64,000 bases of DNA from positions 100,254,001-100,318,000 of the forward strand of contig OZ024744.1 of NCBI GenBank assembly GCA_964016885.1. The letters are read 5' to 3'. Positions 14,501 to 27,817 of the stretch are shown here, piece by piece (position 1 is the first letter of the stretch; each line of letters opens with the position of its first letter). The position numbers were made by a program, and so were the translations under genes. This DNA comes from Eledone cirrhosa (taxonomy: Eukaryota). The notes below the pieces were generated by a model that searched no databases, was not told where the DNA came from, and saw nothing but the letters and a program-made list of their open reading frames with translations.

Positions 14501-17500
14501 ACAGATGGCTACAGCATGTACACAGCTAATACAGATGGCTACAGCATGTACACAGCTAATACAGATGGCTACAGCATGTACACAGCTAATACAGATGGCT
14601 ACAACATGTACACAGCTAATACAGATGGCTACAACATTTACACAGCTAATACAGATGGCTACAGCATGTACACAGCTAATACAGATGGCTACAACATGTA
14701 CACAGCTAATACAGATGGCTACAGCATTTACACAGCTAATACAGATGGCTACAGCATGTACACAGCTAATACAGATGGCTACAGCATGTACACAGCTAAT
14801 ACAGATGGCTACAGCATGTACACAGCTAATACAGATGGCTACAGCATGTACACAGCTAATACAGAGGGCTACAACATGTACACAGCTAATACAGATGGCT
14901 ACAACATTTACACAGCTAATACAGATGGCTACAACATTTACACAGCTAATACAGATGGCTACAGCATGTACACAGCTAATACAGATGGCTACAACATTTA
15001 CACAGCTAATACAGATGGCTACAGCATTTACACAGCTAATACAGATGGCTACAACATTTACACAGCTAATACAGATGGCTACAGCATGTACACAGCTAAT
15101 ACAGATGGCTACAGCATTTACACAGCTAATACAGATGGCTACAGCATGTACACAGCTAATACAGATGGCTACAGCATTTACACAGCTAATACAGATGGCT
15201 ACAGCATTTACACAGCTAATACAGATGGCTACAGCATTTACACAGCTAACACTGATGGCTACAGCATGTACACAGCTAATACAGATGGCTACAACATTTA
15301 CACAGCTAATACAGATGGCTACAGCATGTACACAGCTAATACAGATGGCTACAGCATTTACACAGCTAATACAGATGGCTACAGCATGTACACAGCTAAT
15401 ACAGATGGCTACAGCATTTACACAGCTAATACAGATGGCTACAACATGTACACAGCTAATACAGATGGCTACAACATGTACACAGCTAATACAGATGGCT
15501 ACAGCATTTACACAGCTAATACAGATGGCTACAACATGTACACAGCTAATACAGATGGCTACAGCATGTACACAGCTAATACAGATGGCTACAGCATGTA
15601 CACAGCTAATACAGATGGCTACAGCATGTACACAGCTAATACAGATGGCTACAGCATGTACACAGCTAATACAGATGGCTACAGCATGTACACAGCTAAT
15701 ACAGATGGCTACAGCATGTACACAGCTAATACAGATGGCTACAGCATGTACACAGCTAATACAGATGGCTACAGCATGTACACAGCTAATACAGATGGCT
15801 ACAGCATGTACACAGCTAATACAGATGGCTACAGCATGTACACAGCTAATACAGATGGCTACAGCATGTACACAGCTAATACAGATGGCTACAGCATGTA
15901 CACAGCTAATACAGATGGCTACAGCATGTACACAGCTAATACAGATGGCTACAGCATGTACACAGCTAATACAGATGGCTACAACATTTACACAGCTAAT
16001 ACAGATGGCTACAGCATGTACACAGCTAATACAGATGGCTACAACATTTACACAGCTAATACAGATGGCTACAGCATGTACACAGCTAATACAGATGGCT
16101 ACAGCATGTACACAGCTAATACAGATGGCTACAGCATGTACACAGCTAATACAGATGGCTACAGCATTTACACAGCTAATACAGATGGCTACAGCATGTA
16201 CACAGCTAATACAGATGGCTACAGCATGTACAAAGCTAATACAGATGGCTACAGCATGTACACAGCTAATACAGATGGCTACAACATTTACACAGCTAAT
16301 ACAGATGGCTACAGCATGTACACAGCTAATACAGATGGCTACAACATTTACACAGCTAATACAGATGGCTACAGCATGTACACAGCTAATACAGATGGCT
16401 ACAACATTTACACAGCTAATACAGATGGCTACAACATTTACACAGCTAATACAGATGGCTACAACATGTACACAGCTAATACAGATGGCTACAGCATGTA
16501 CACAGCTAATACAGATGGCTACAGCATTTACACAGCTAATACAGATGGCTACAGCATGTACACAGCTAATACAGATGGCTACAACATTTACACAACTAAT
16601 ACAGATGGCTACAGCATGTACACAGCTAATACAGATGGCTACAGCATGTACACAGCTAATACAGATGGCTACAGCATGTACACAGCTAATACAGATGGCT
16701 ACAACATTTACACAGCTAATACAGATGGCTACAGCATGTACACAGCTAATACAGATGGCTACAGCATGTACACAGCTAATACAGATGGCTACAACATGTA
16801 CACAGCTAACACAGATGGCTACAACATGTACACAGCTAACACAGATGGCTACAACATGTACACAGCTAATACAGATGGCTACAGCATGTACACAGCTAAT
16901 ACAGATGGCTACAACATGTACACAGCTAATACAGATGGCTACAACATGTACACAGCTAATACAGATGGCTACAACATGTACACAGCTAATACAGATGGCT
17001 ACAGCATGTACACAGCTAATACAGATGGCTACAGCATGTACACAGCTAATACAGATGGCTACAGCATGTACACAGCTAATACAGATGGCTACAGCATGTA
17101 CACAGCTAATACAGATGGCTACAGCATGTACACATCTAATACGGATGGCTACAACATTTACACAGCTAATATAGATGGCTACAGCATGTACACAGCTAAT
17201 ACAGATGGCTACAGCATGTACACAGCTAATACAGATGGCTACAACATGTACACAGCTAATACAGATGGCTACAACATGTACACAGCTAACACAGATGGCT
17301 ACAACATTTACACAGCTAATACAGATGGCTACAACATCTACACAGCTAATACAGATGGCTACAACATGGACACAGCTAATACAGATGGCTACAGCATGTA
17401 CACAGCTAATACAGATGGCTACAGCATGTACACAGCTAATACAGATGGCTACAACATGTACACAGCTAAGACAGATGGCTACAGCATGTACACAGCTAAT

Positions 17501-20500
17501 ACAGATGGCTACAACATGTACACAGCTAATACAGATGGCTACAACATGTACACAGCTAATACAGATGGCTACAGCATGTACACAGCTAATACAGATGGCT
17601 ACAGCATGTACACAGCTAATACAGATGGCTACAGCATGTACACAGCTAATACAGATGGCTACAGCATGTACACAGCTAATACAGATGGCTACAGCATTTA
17701 CACAGCTAATACAGATGGCTACAGCATGTACACAGCTAATACAGATGGCTACAGCATTTACACAGCTAATACAGATGGCTACAACATGTACACAGCTAAT
17801 ACAGATGGCTACAACATGTACACAGCTAATACAGATGGCTACAGCATGTACACAGCTAATACAGATGGCTACAGCATTTACACAGCTAATACAGATGGCT
17901 ACAACATTTACACAGCTAATACAGATGGCTACAGCATGTACACAGCTAATACAGATGGCTACAGCATGTACACAGCTAATACAGATGGCTACAGCATGTA
18001 CACAGCTAATACAGATGGCTACAGCATGTACACAGCTAATACAGATGGCTACAGCATGTACACAGCTAATACAGATGGCTACAGCATGTACACAGCTAAT
18101 ACAGATGGCTACAGCATGTACACAGCTAATACAGATGGCTACAGCATGTACACAGCTAATACAGATGGCTACAGCATGTACACAGCTAATACAGATGGCT
18201 ACAACATGTACACAGCTAATACAGATGGCTACAGCATTTACACAGCTAATACAGATGGCTACAGCATTTACACAGCTAATACAGATGGCTACAGCATGTA
18301 CACAGCTAATACAGATGGCTACAGCATGTACACAGCTAATACAGATGGCTACAGCATTTACACAGCTAATACAGATGGCTACAACATGTACACAGCTAAT
18401 ACAGATGGCTACAGCATGTACACAGCTAATACAGATGGCTACAGCATGTACACAGCTAATACAGATGGCTACAGCATGTACACAGCTAATACAGATGGCT
18501 ACAGCATGTACACAGCTAATACAGATGGCTACAGCATGTACACAGCTAATACAGATGGCTACAGCATGTACACAGCTAATACAGATGGCTACAGCATGTA
18601 CACAGCTAATACAGATGGCTACAGCATGTACACAGCTAATACAGATGGCTACAGCATGTACACAGCTAATACAGATGGCTACAGCATGTACACAGCTAAT
18701 ACAGATGGCTACAACATTTACACAGCTAATACAGATGGCTACAGCATTTACACAGCTAATACAGATGGCTACAACATGTACACAGCTAATACAGATGGCT
18801 ACAGCATGTACACAGCTAATACAGATGGCTACAACATGTACACAGCTAATACAGATGGCTACAACATTTACACAGCTAATACAGATGGCTATAGCATGTA
18901 CACAGCTAATACAGATGGCTACAACATGTACACAGCTAATACAGATGGCTACAGCATTTACACAGCTAATACAGATGGCTACAGCATGTACACAGCTAAT
19001 ACAGATGGCTACAGCATGTACACAGCTAATACAGATGGCTACAGCATGTACACAGCTAATACAGATGGCTACAGCATGTACACAGCTAATACAGAGGGCT
19101 ACAACATGTACACAGCTAATACAGATGGCTACAACATTTACACAGCTAATACAGATGGCTACAACATTTACACAGCTAATACAGATGGCTACAGCATGTA
19201 CACAGCTAATACAGATGGCTACAACATTTACACAGCTAATACAGATGGCTACAGCATTTACACAGCTAATACAGATGGCTACAACATTTACACAGCTAAT
19301 ACAGATGGCTACAGCATGTACACAGCTAATACAGATGGCTACAGCATGTACACAGCTAATACAGATGGCTACAGCATTTACACAGCTAATACAGATGGCT
19401 ACAGCATGTACACAGCTAATACAGATGGCTACAGCATTTACACAGCTAATACAGATGGCTACAGCATTTACACAGCTAATACAGATGGCTACAGCATTTA
19501 CACAGCTAACACTGATGGCTACAGCATGTACACAGCTAATACAGATGGCTACAACATTTACACAGCTAATACAGATGGCTACAGCATGTACACAGCTAAT
19601 ACAGATGGCTACAGCATTTACACAGCTAATACAGATGGCTACAGCATGTACACAGCTAATACAGATGGCTACAGCATTTACACAGCTAATACAGATGGCT
19701 ACAGCATGTACACAGCTAATACAGATGGCTACAGCATGTACACAGCTAATACAGATGGCTACAGCATTTACACAGCTAATACAGATGGCTACAACATGTA
19801 CACAGCTAATACAGATGGCTACAGCATGTACACAGCTAATACAGATGGCTACAGCATGTACACAGCTAATACAGATGGCTACAGCATGTACACAGCTAAT
19901 ACAGATGGCTACAGCATGTACACAGCTAATACAGATGGCTACAGCATGTACACAGCTAATACAGATGGCTACAGCATGTACACAGCTAATACAGATGGCT
20001 ACAGCATGTACACAGCTAATACAGATGGCTACAGCATGTACACAGCTAATACAGATGGCTACAGCATGTACACAGCTAATACAGATGGCTACAGCATGTA
20101 CACAGCTAATACAGATGGCTACAACATGTACACAGCTAATACAGATGGCTACAGCATGTACACAGCTAATACAGATGGCTACAGCATGTACACAGCTAAT
20201 ACAGATGGCTACAACATTTACACAGCTAATACAGATGGCTACAACATTTACACAGCTAATACAGATGGCTACAGCATGTACACAGCTAATACAGATGGCT
20301 ACAGCATGTACACAGCTAATACAGATGGCTACAGCATTTACACAGCTAATACAGATGGCTACAGCATTTACACAGCTAATACAGATGGCTACAGCATGTA
20401 CACAGCTAATACAGATGGCTACAGCATTTACACAGCTAATACAGATGGCTACAACATGTACACAGCTAATACAGATGGCTACAGCATGTACACAGCTAAT

Positions 20501-23500
20501 ACAGATGGCTACAGCATTTACACAGCTACTACAGATGGCTACAGCATTTACACAGCTAATACAGATGGCTACAACATGTACACAGCTAATACAGATGGCT
20601 ACAGCATGTACACAGCTAATACAGATGGCTACAGCATTTACACAGCTAATACAGATGGCTACAACATGTACACAGCTAATACAGATGGCTACAGCATGTA
20701 CACAGCTAATACAGATGGCTACAGCATGTACACAGCTAATACAGATGGCTACAGCATGTACACAGCTAATACAGATGGCTACAGCATGTACACAGCTAAT
20801 ACAGATGGCTACAGCATGTACACAGCTAATACAGATGGCTACAGCATGTACACAGCTAATACAGATGGCTACAACATTTACACAGCTAATACAGATGGCT
20901 ACAGCATGTACACAGCTAATACAGATGGCTACAACATTTACACAGCTAATACAGATGGCTACAGCATGTACACAGCTAATACAGATGGCTACAGCATGTA
21001 CACAGCTAATACAGATGGCTACAACATTTACACAGCTAATACAGATGGCTACAACATGTACACAGCTAATACAGATGGCTACAGCATGTACACAGCTAAT
21101 ACAGATGGCTACAACATTTACACAGCTAATACAGATGGCTACAGCATTTACACAGCTAATACAGATGGCTACAACATGTACACAGCTAATACAGATGGCT
21201 ACAGCATGTACACAGCTAATACAGATGGCTACAACATGTACACAGCTAATACAGATGGCTACAACATGTACACAGCTAATACAGATGGCTACAACATGTA
21301 CACAGCTAATACAGATGGCTACAGCATTTACACAGCTAATACAGATGGCTACAACATTTACACAGCTAATACAGATGGCTACAACATTTACACAGCTAAT
21401 ACAGATGGCTACAGCATTTACACAGCTAATACAGATGGCTACAACATTTACACAGCTAATACAGATGGCTACAACATTTACACAGCTAATACAGATGGCT
21501 ACAGCATGTACACAGCTAATACAGATGGCTACAACATGTACACAGCTAATACAGATGGCTACAGCATGTACACAGCTAATACAGATGGCTACAGCATGTA
21601 CACAGCTAATACAGATGGCTACAACATTTACACAACTAATACAGATGGCTACAGCATGTACACAGCTAATACAGATGGCTACAGCATGTACACAGCTAAT
21701 ACAGATGGCTACAGCATTTACACAGCTAATACAGATGGCTACAGCATGTACACAGCTAATACAGATGGCTACAGCATGTACACAGCTAATACAGATGGCT
21801 ACAGCATTTACACAGCTAATACAGATGGCTACAGCATTTACACAGCTAATACAGATGGCTACAGCATGTACACAGCTAATACAGATGGCTACAACATTTA
21901 CACAGCTAATACAGATGGCTACAACATTTACACAGCTAATACAGATGGCTACAGCATGTACACAGCTAATACAGATGGCTACAGCATGTACACAGCTAAT
22001 ACAGATGGCTACAACATTTACACAACTAATACAGATGGCTACAGCATGTACACAGCTAATACAGATGGCTACAGCATTTACACAGCTAATACAGATGGCT
22101 ACAGCATGTACACAGCTAATACAGATGGCTACAGCATTTACACAGCTAATACAGATGGCTACAGCATGTACACAGCTAATACAGATGGCTACAGCATGTA
22201 CACAGCTAATACAGATGGCTACAGCATGTACACAGCTAATACAGATGGCTACAACATTTACACAGCTAATACAGATGGCTACAGCATGTACACAGCTAAT
22301 ACAGATGGCTACAACATGTACACAGCTAATACAGATGGCTACAGCATGTACACAGCTAATACAGATGGCTACAGCATTTACACAGCTAATACAGATGGCT
22401 ACAACATGTACACAGCTAAGACAGATGGCTACAGCATTTACACAGCTAATACAGATGGCTACAACATGTACACAGCTAATACAGATGGCTACAACATGTA
22501 CACAGCTAATACAGATGGCTACAGCATGTACACAGCTAATACAGATGGCTACAGCATGTACACAGCTAATACAGATGGCTACAGCATGTACACAGCTAAT
22601 ACAGATGGCTACAACATTTACACAGCTAATACAGATGGCTACAACATTTACACAGCTAATACAGATGGCTACAACATGTACACAGCTAACACAGATGGCT
22701 ACAACATTTACACAGCTAATACAGATGGCTACAACATGTACACAGCTAATACAGATGGCTACAACATGTACACAGCTAATACAGATGGCTACAACATTTA
22801 CACAGCTAATACAGATGGCTACAACATTTACACAGCTAATACAGATGGCTACAGCATTTACACAGCTAATACAGATGGCTACAGCATGTACACAGCTAAT
22901 ACAGATGGCTACAGCATTTACACAGCTAATACAGATGGCTACAACATGTACACAGCTAATACAGATGGCTACAGCATTTACACAGCTAATACAGATGGCT
23001 ACAGCATTTACACAGCTAATACAGATGGCTACAGCATGTAGACAGCTAATACAGATGGCTACAGCATGTACACAGCTAATACAGATGGCTACAGCATGTA
23101 CACAGCTAATACAGATGGCTACAGCATGTACACAGCTAATACAGATGGCTACAGCATGTACACAGCTAATACAGATGGCTACAGCATGTACACAGCTAAT
23201 ACAGATGGCTACAGCATGTACACAGCTAATACAGATGGCTACAGCATGTACACAGCTAATACAGATGGCTACAGCATGTACACAGCTAATACAGATGGCT
23301 ACAGCATGTACACAGCTAATACAGATGGCTACAGCATTTACACAGCTAATACAGATGGCTACAGCATGTACACAGCTAATACAGATGGCTACAGCATTTA
23401 CACAGCTAATACAGATGGCTACAGCATGTACACAGCTAATACAGATGGCTACAGCATGTACACAGCTAATACAGATGGCTACAGCATGTACACAGCTAAT

Positions 23501-24476
23501 ACAGATGGCTACAGCATGTACACAGCTAATACAGATGGCTACAGCATGTACACAGCTAATACAGATGGCTACAACATGTACACAGCTAATACAGATGGCT
23601 ACAGCATTTACACAGCTAATACAGATGGCTACAGCATGTACACAGCTAATACAGATGGCTATAGCATTTACACAGCTAATACAGATGGCTACAGCATGTA
23701 CACAGCTAATACAGATGGCTACAGCATTTACACAGCTAATACAGATGGCTACAGCATTTACACAGCTAATACAGATGGCTACAGCATTTACACAGCTAAT
23801 ACAGATGGCTACAGCATTTACACAGCTAACACAGATGGCTACAGCATGTACACAGCTAATACAGATGGCTACAACATGTACACATCTAATACAGATGGCT
23901 ACAGCATTTACACAGCTAATACAGATGGCTACAGCATGTACACAGCTAATACAGATGGCTACAGCATGTACACAGCTAATACAGATGGCTACAGCATGTA
24001 CACAGCTAATACAGATGGCTACAACATTTACACAGCTAATACAGATGGCTACAACATTTACACAGCTAATACAGATGGCTACAGCATGTACACAGCTAAC
24101 ACAGATGGCTACAGCATTTACACAGCTAACACAAATGGCTACAGCATTTACACAGCTAATACAGATGGCTACAGCATGTACACAGCTAATACAGATGGCT
24201 ACAGCATGTACACAGCTAATACAGATGGCTACAGCATGTACACAGCTAATACAGATGGCTACAACATTTACACAGCTAATACAGATGGCTACAGCATGTA
24301 CACAGCTAATACAGATGGCTACAGCATTTACACAGCTAACACAAATGGCTACAACATTTACACAGCTAATACAGATGGCTACAGCATGTACACAGCTAAT
24401 ACAGATGGCTACAGCATGTACGCAGCTAATACAGATGGCTACAGCATGTACACAGCTAATACAGATGGCTACAACA
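5555..24476. repeat. 30-bp minisatellite, ~630 units, CACAGCTAATACAGATGGCTACA[G/A]CAT[G/T]TA, in CLUH intron 16
   Basis: Exactly two units per 60-nt line with unchanged register throughout. Confidence 0.99.
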
Positions 24477-24557
24477 AACATTTATTTTAAATAATTCAAG
24501 TGTTTAAGGAAGCCACTATTAGACGTCAAATAAAATAAATGATTAAAAGTTCCTTAC

Positions 24558-24612
24558 TTTACATTCAACAGAGGAGTACAGTTCAATCTCTTCATCTTTG
24601 GAATTTACAACC
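24558..24612 (-). CDS. CLUH: CLUH exon 16 (KVVNSKDEEIELYSSVECK)
   Basis: tttcag acceptor, GTAAGG donor, 55 nt; EL.SSVECK motif. Confidence 0.93.
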
Positions 24613-24817
24613 CTGAAATATTTTTAATATATTAATTCAACATATTTTTAATAATTTAAAATAATCACACACACACACACATGCCCCCTTCCTAACATCA
24701 ACCACACTGCTGTGTGTACTGTGTGTATTTTATCATGGCACCAGTACTATCACTTTACAGGGTGAAAACTCACCCTTATAGTGATTGAACCCACGATATT
24801 ATATTACATTATTATTA

Positions 24818-25552
24818 AGGCGGTGGATTGGCAGTATCGGTAGAGGGTCGGACGCCATGCTTTGTAGCATAGAGTTACGGCCCTTTACAGTCCGAGTTCA
24901 AATCCCGCCGAAGTTAACTTTGCCTTTCATCCTTACGGGGGTCGATAAAATAAAGTACCAGTCACGCACTGGGATCGATTTAATCGACTTTCCCCTCCCC
25001 CAAAATTGCTGGCCTTGTGCCTAAATCAGAAACCATTATTAATGGGCGGTGGATTGGCAGTATCGGTAGAGGGTTCGGACGCCATCCTTAGCAGCATAGA
25101 GTTACGCCTCTTTGCAGTCTGAGTTCAAATCCCGCCGAGGTTAATTTTGCCTTTCATTCTTACAGGGTCAATAAAATAAAGTACCAGCAATGCACTGGCC
25201 TTGTACCAAAAGTAGAAACAACTTATTATTGGTGGAGTGGCAATATTGGTAGAGCATCAGACACCATGCGTTGCAGCATAGAGTTATGACCCTTTACGTT
25301 TTGAGTTCAAATCCCGCCGAGGTTAACTTTGCCTTTCATCCTTACGAGGTCGAAAAAATAAAGTACCAGTAATGCACTGGGATAATTGCTGGCCTTGTGC
25401 CAAAAGTAGAAACAATTATTATAATTTATATTAATATTAATTGTTTCTACTTTTGGCACAAGGCCAGCAATTACCCGTAACTGAGACCGTAAAGGGACGT
25501 AACAATGTTGGAAAGCATGGCGTCCGATTCTCTGCCGATACTGCCAATCCAA
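24818..25552. mobile_element. SINE A cluster: three tandem + copies and one inverted, internally deleted copy
   Basis: Heads near 24818, 25044 and 25230; inverted copy ~25438-25552. Confidence 0.9.
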
Positions 25553-25949
25553 GGGCAGTGGATTGCTAGTATCAATGAATTAGAATTAAAATTATGGGTA
25601 GATACAGGCTCCATAAGCAATAGTGAAGGCAACCTGTCCAGGAGCGCAGTAACTCTAAAAACTGATACACAGGGTAGAGAGGACCCTAAGACAATCTTGC
25701 CAGACCACCTCTCTACTGCTGGTGATATGATAAAACACACTCGGTCCATGCTGTAAAGTGGTTGGTGATAAAAAGGGTATCCAGCCAGAAAATTATGAAA
25801 AGCACAATCTACCATATACACATTAACTGAGTATACATGTCAGAATTTAGGAATGCAGTTTTCATAAAAAGTGAATTGATTAAATTTACTGATTAATTAA
25901 ATTTAAATGTAAATATGTTAAGTAGAAGAAATATAAGGAAAAAAAAAAA

Positions 25950-26350
25950 AGTTCTCCCCCCACTTATTCTTGAGAGGGTCATGGGGGCAGAGTCCTCAAA
26001 CAAGTCTTGTCAGAAGCAACTGTTTCCAACTGCTCCGACTGGATCTCCAAGTGAAACCAGCCAAGTTCATGGATGTTATCCAACTATATTGCTTGGGGTC
26101 TGCTCCTGGGTCTCCAACTGGTCGGTTTTGCCCGTAAATTTTGTCCAGCGATTCTTTCCTGAGACATTCTAGCCACATGACCATGGTATCGGAGCTGTGA
26201 TCTCTTAAGAGAAGTAGTGACTTTCTGATCTTTGAGTTGCACACTTTATCAAATAACATTACCAAAGACCATTTGGAAGAACCCCATTTTGGCTGCTTGT
26301 ATTCACGATCGTATTATTTTGGTTATTACCCAAGATTCATGACCATAAGG
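25950..26350 (-). mobile_element. 3' fragment of the same RTE-like LINE
   Basis: Reverse complement of the segments at 3760-4090 and 27890-28450. Confidence 0.75.
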
Positions 26351-26436
26351 ATCATTAAACCAACAAAAGGGTGTATGTGAAGGAGTGATTATCTGGTACT
26401 ATGGACAAAAATAGTAATATTTTAAATGTGACTTGC

Positions 26437-26477
26437 TTGTGAGGTTGAATTTTAAGAGAGACGGCAGTTTTCTTGAG
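26437..26477 (-). CDS. CLUH: CLUH exon 15, 41 nt (LKKTAVSLKIQPH+AA), with GC donor
   Basis: ttgtag acceptor, donor AA|GCAAGT. Supplies the L..T...LKI..H segment and the phase-2 end required by exon 16. Confidence 0.85.
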
Positions 26478-26852
26478 CTACAATACATAAGAAAAATAAT
26501 AATTATTAACAATGTTAATAGATAATAAACAAGGTAAATATTTTAATCCTTTCTTTACAATAATTTTAATAAAAGTCACTGATCATAATTTTCAAAATAC
26601 TTTTCAAAATAATCAAGAATTTGATGGGATGTAGCAGTATAACTAACTTTCCCATTATCAAGCTGATGTTTGGAACATAACTTGAGAAAGTTTCTTACAG
26701 AAAATTATGATGGAAGGTTTTTGGATAAATATAAACAAGTCTTTTATTACCATATTTCTAATGAAATAGACTTTGGAGGGATTTAGTAATATAACTTTCT
26801 CATTATTAAGCTAGTATTTGGAACATAAGAACTGCATGCTCTTTTGTTATAT

Positions 26853-27346
26853 CAGCAGCACAACCACTTTACAGTGTGAACTGGGTGCCTTTTGTCATGT
26901 CACCAGCATGAACACATTACAGGGTGAACTGGGTGCCTTTTGTCATGTCACCAGCACAACCACTTTACAGTGTGAACTGGGTGCCTTTTGTCATGTCACC
27001 AGCATGAACACATTACAGGGTGAACTGGGTGCCTTTTGTCATGTCACCAGCATGAACACATTACAGGGTGAACTGGGTGCCTTTTGTCATGTCACCAGCA
27101 TGAACACATTACAGGGTGAACTGGGTGCCTTTCGTCATGTCACCAGCATGAACACATTACAGGGTGAACTGGGTGCCTTTCGTCATGTCACCAGCATGAA
27201 CACATTACAGGGTGAACTGGGTGCCTTTCGTCATGTCACCAGCATGAACACATTACAGGGTGAACTGGGTGCCTTTCGTCATGTCACCAGCATGAACACT
27301 TTACAGGGTGAACTGGGTGCCTTTTGTCATGTCACCAGCATGAACA
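26853..27346. repeat. 48-bp minisatellite, ~10 units
   Basis: Unit CAGCATGAACACATTACAGGGTGAACTGGGTGCCTTTTGTCATGTCAC, seen directly. Confidence 0.95.
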
Positions 27347-27503
27347 CCTGTCGAGTGTACCAAAGATTTTATATTAGGTACACTGTGTCCCTGTGTTTCA
27401 TAAGAGGAGGCTATAAATGCAAGCAGCAGGAAGGGCATCCATCTGTAAAACATTGTCTAAGAACATCCCCGCCAGCCCATGCCAGCATGGAAGAGTGGAC
27501 ATG

Positions 27504-27620
27504 ACAATGATGATGATGGTGATAATGACTGCGACAACAACAACAACAACAACGATGGCAACAGCGATGACAAAGACAATGACGACAAAGAAGACAACAA
27601 TGACAATCAACATCATCATG
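27504..27620. repeat. Mixed trinucleotide tract (ATG/AAC/GAC)
   Basis: Extends from an (ATG)n retroposon tail. Confidence 0.85.
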
Positions 27621-27665
27621 AAGATAGCAAAGATCACAGTTTAGGGTCAACTAAAAAGTACCTAC

Positions 27666-27757
27666 CAATTCTTCATACTTTGGATTACTGACAACAGTCT
27701 TTCCAAAGTCAACCGATCCATAAACAACGGACTGTTCTTGATCCCTTTCCAAAATAC
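27666..27757 (-). CDS. CLUH: CLUH exon 14 ([31 protein letters not shown])
   Basis: ttttag acceptor, GTAGGT donor, 92 nt; [18 protein letters not shown] motif. Confidence 0.95.
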
Positions 27758-27817
27758 CTAAAAGAAAAACAAGATAAAAACAAGATAAGTCAAATGAAAG
27801 ACAGTCAAGATAATCAA

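Noticed and set aside
5666-23041. 5791-aa (YTANTDGYSM)n and (QMATACTQLI)n plus-strand ORFs, superficially like beta-solenoid, ice-binding or reflectin-type repeats
   Set aside because: Same repeat artefact. Both frames are broken by stop-creating variants (23041; 7364, 11474, 17174), three frames are open at once, and no reflectin motif is present.
5555-24476. CRISPR-like array
   Set aside because: No unique spacers and no cas genes; the context is a spliceosomal intron.
5519-24481. 6320-aa minus-strand ORF (VHAVAICISC)n in CLUH sense orientation
   Set aside because: A 30-bp unit without stops in that frame gives a long ORF automatically. There is no unique N- or C-terminal domain, the variants show no synonymous bias, and exons 16 and 17 join in phase across it to give the conserved SSVECKGIIGND. 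Ribo-seq or peptides would be needed to revive it.
24818-24915. tRNA genes (A/B boxes, GTTCAAATCCC)
   Set aside because: These are SINE heads continuing into the SINE core and tail; no closed acceptor stem seen.
26431-26432. Canonical GT donor for exon 15 (CAA|GTCACA)
   Set aside because: Phase 0 is incompatible with the phase-2 start of exon 16, and the consensus match is poorer than GCAAGT.
26818-27504. 228-aa ORF with 16-aa repeats
   Set aside because: 48-bp minisatellite plus retroposon tail; antisense within intron 14.
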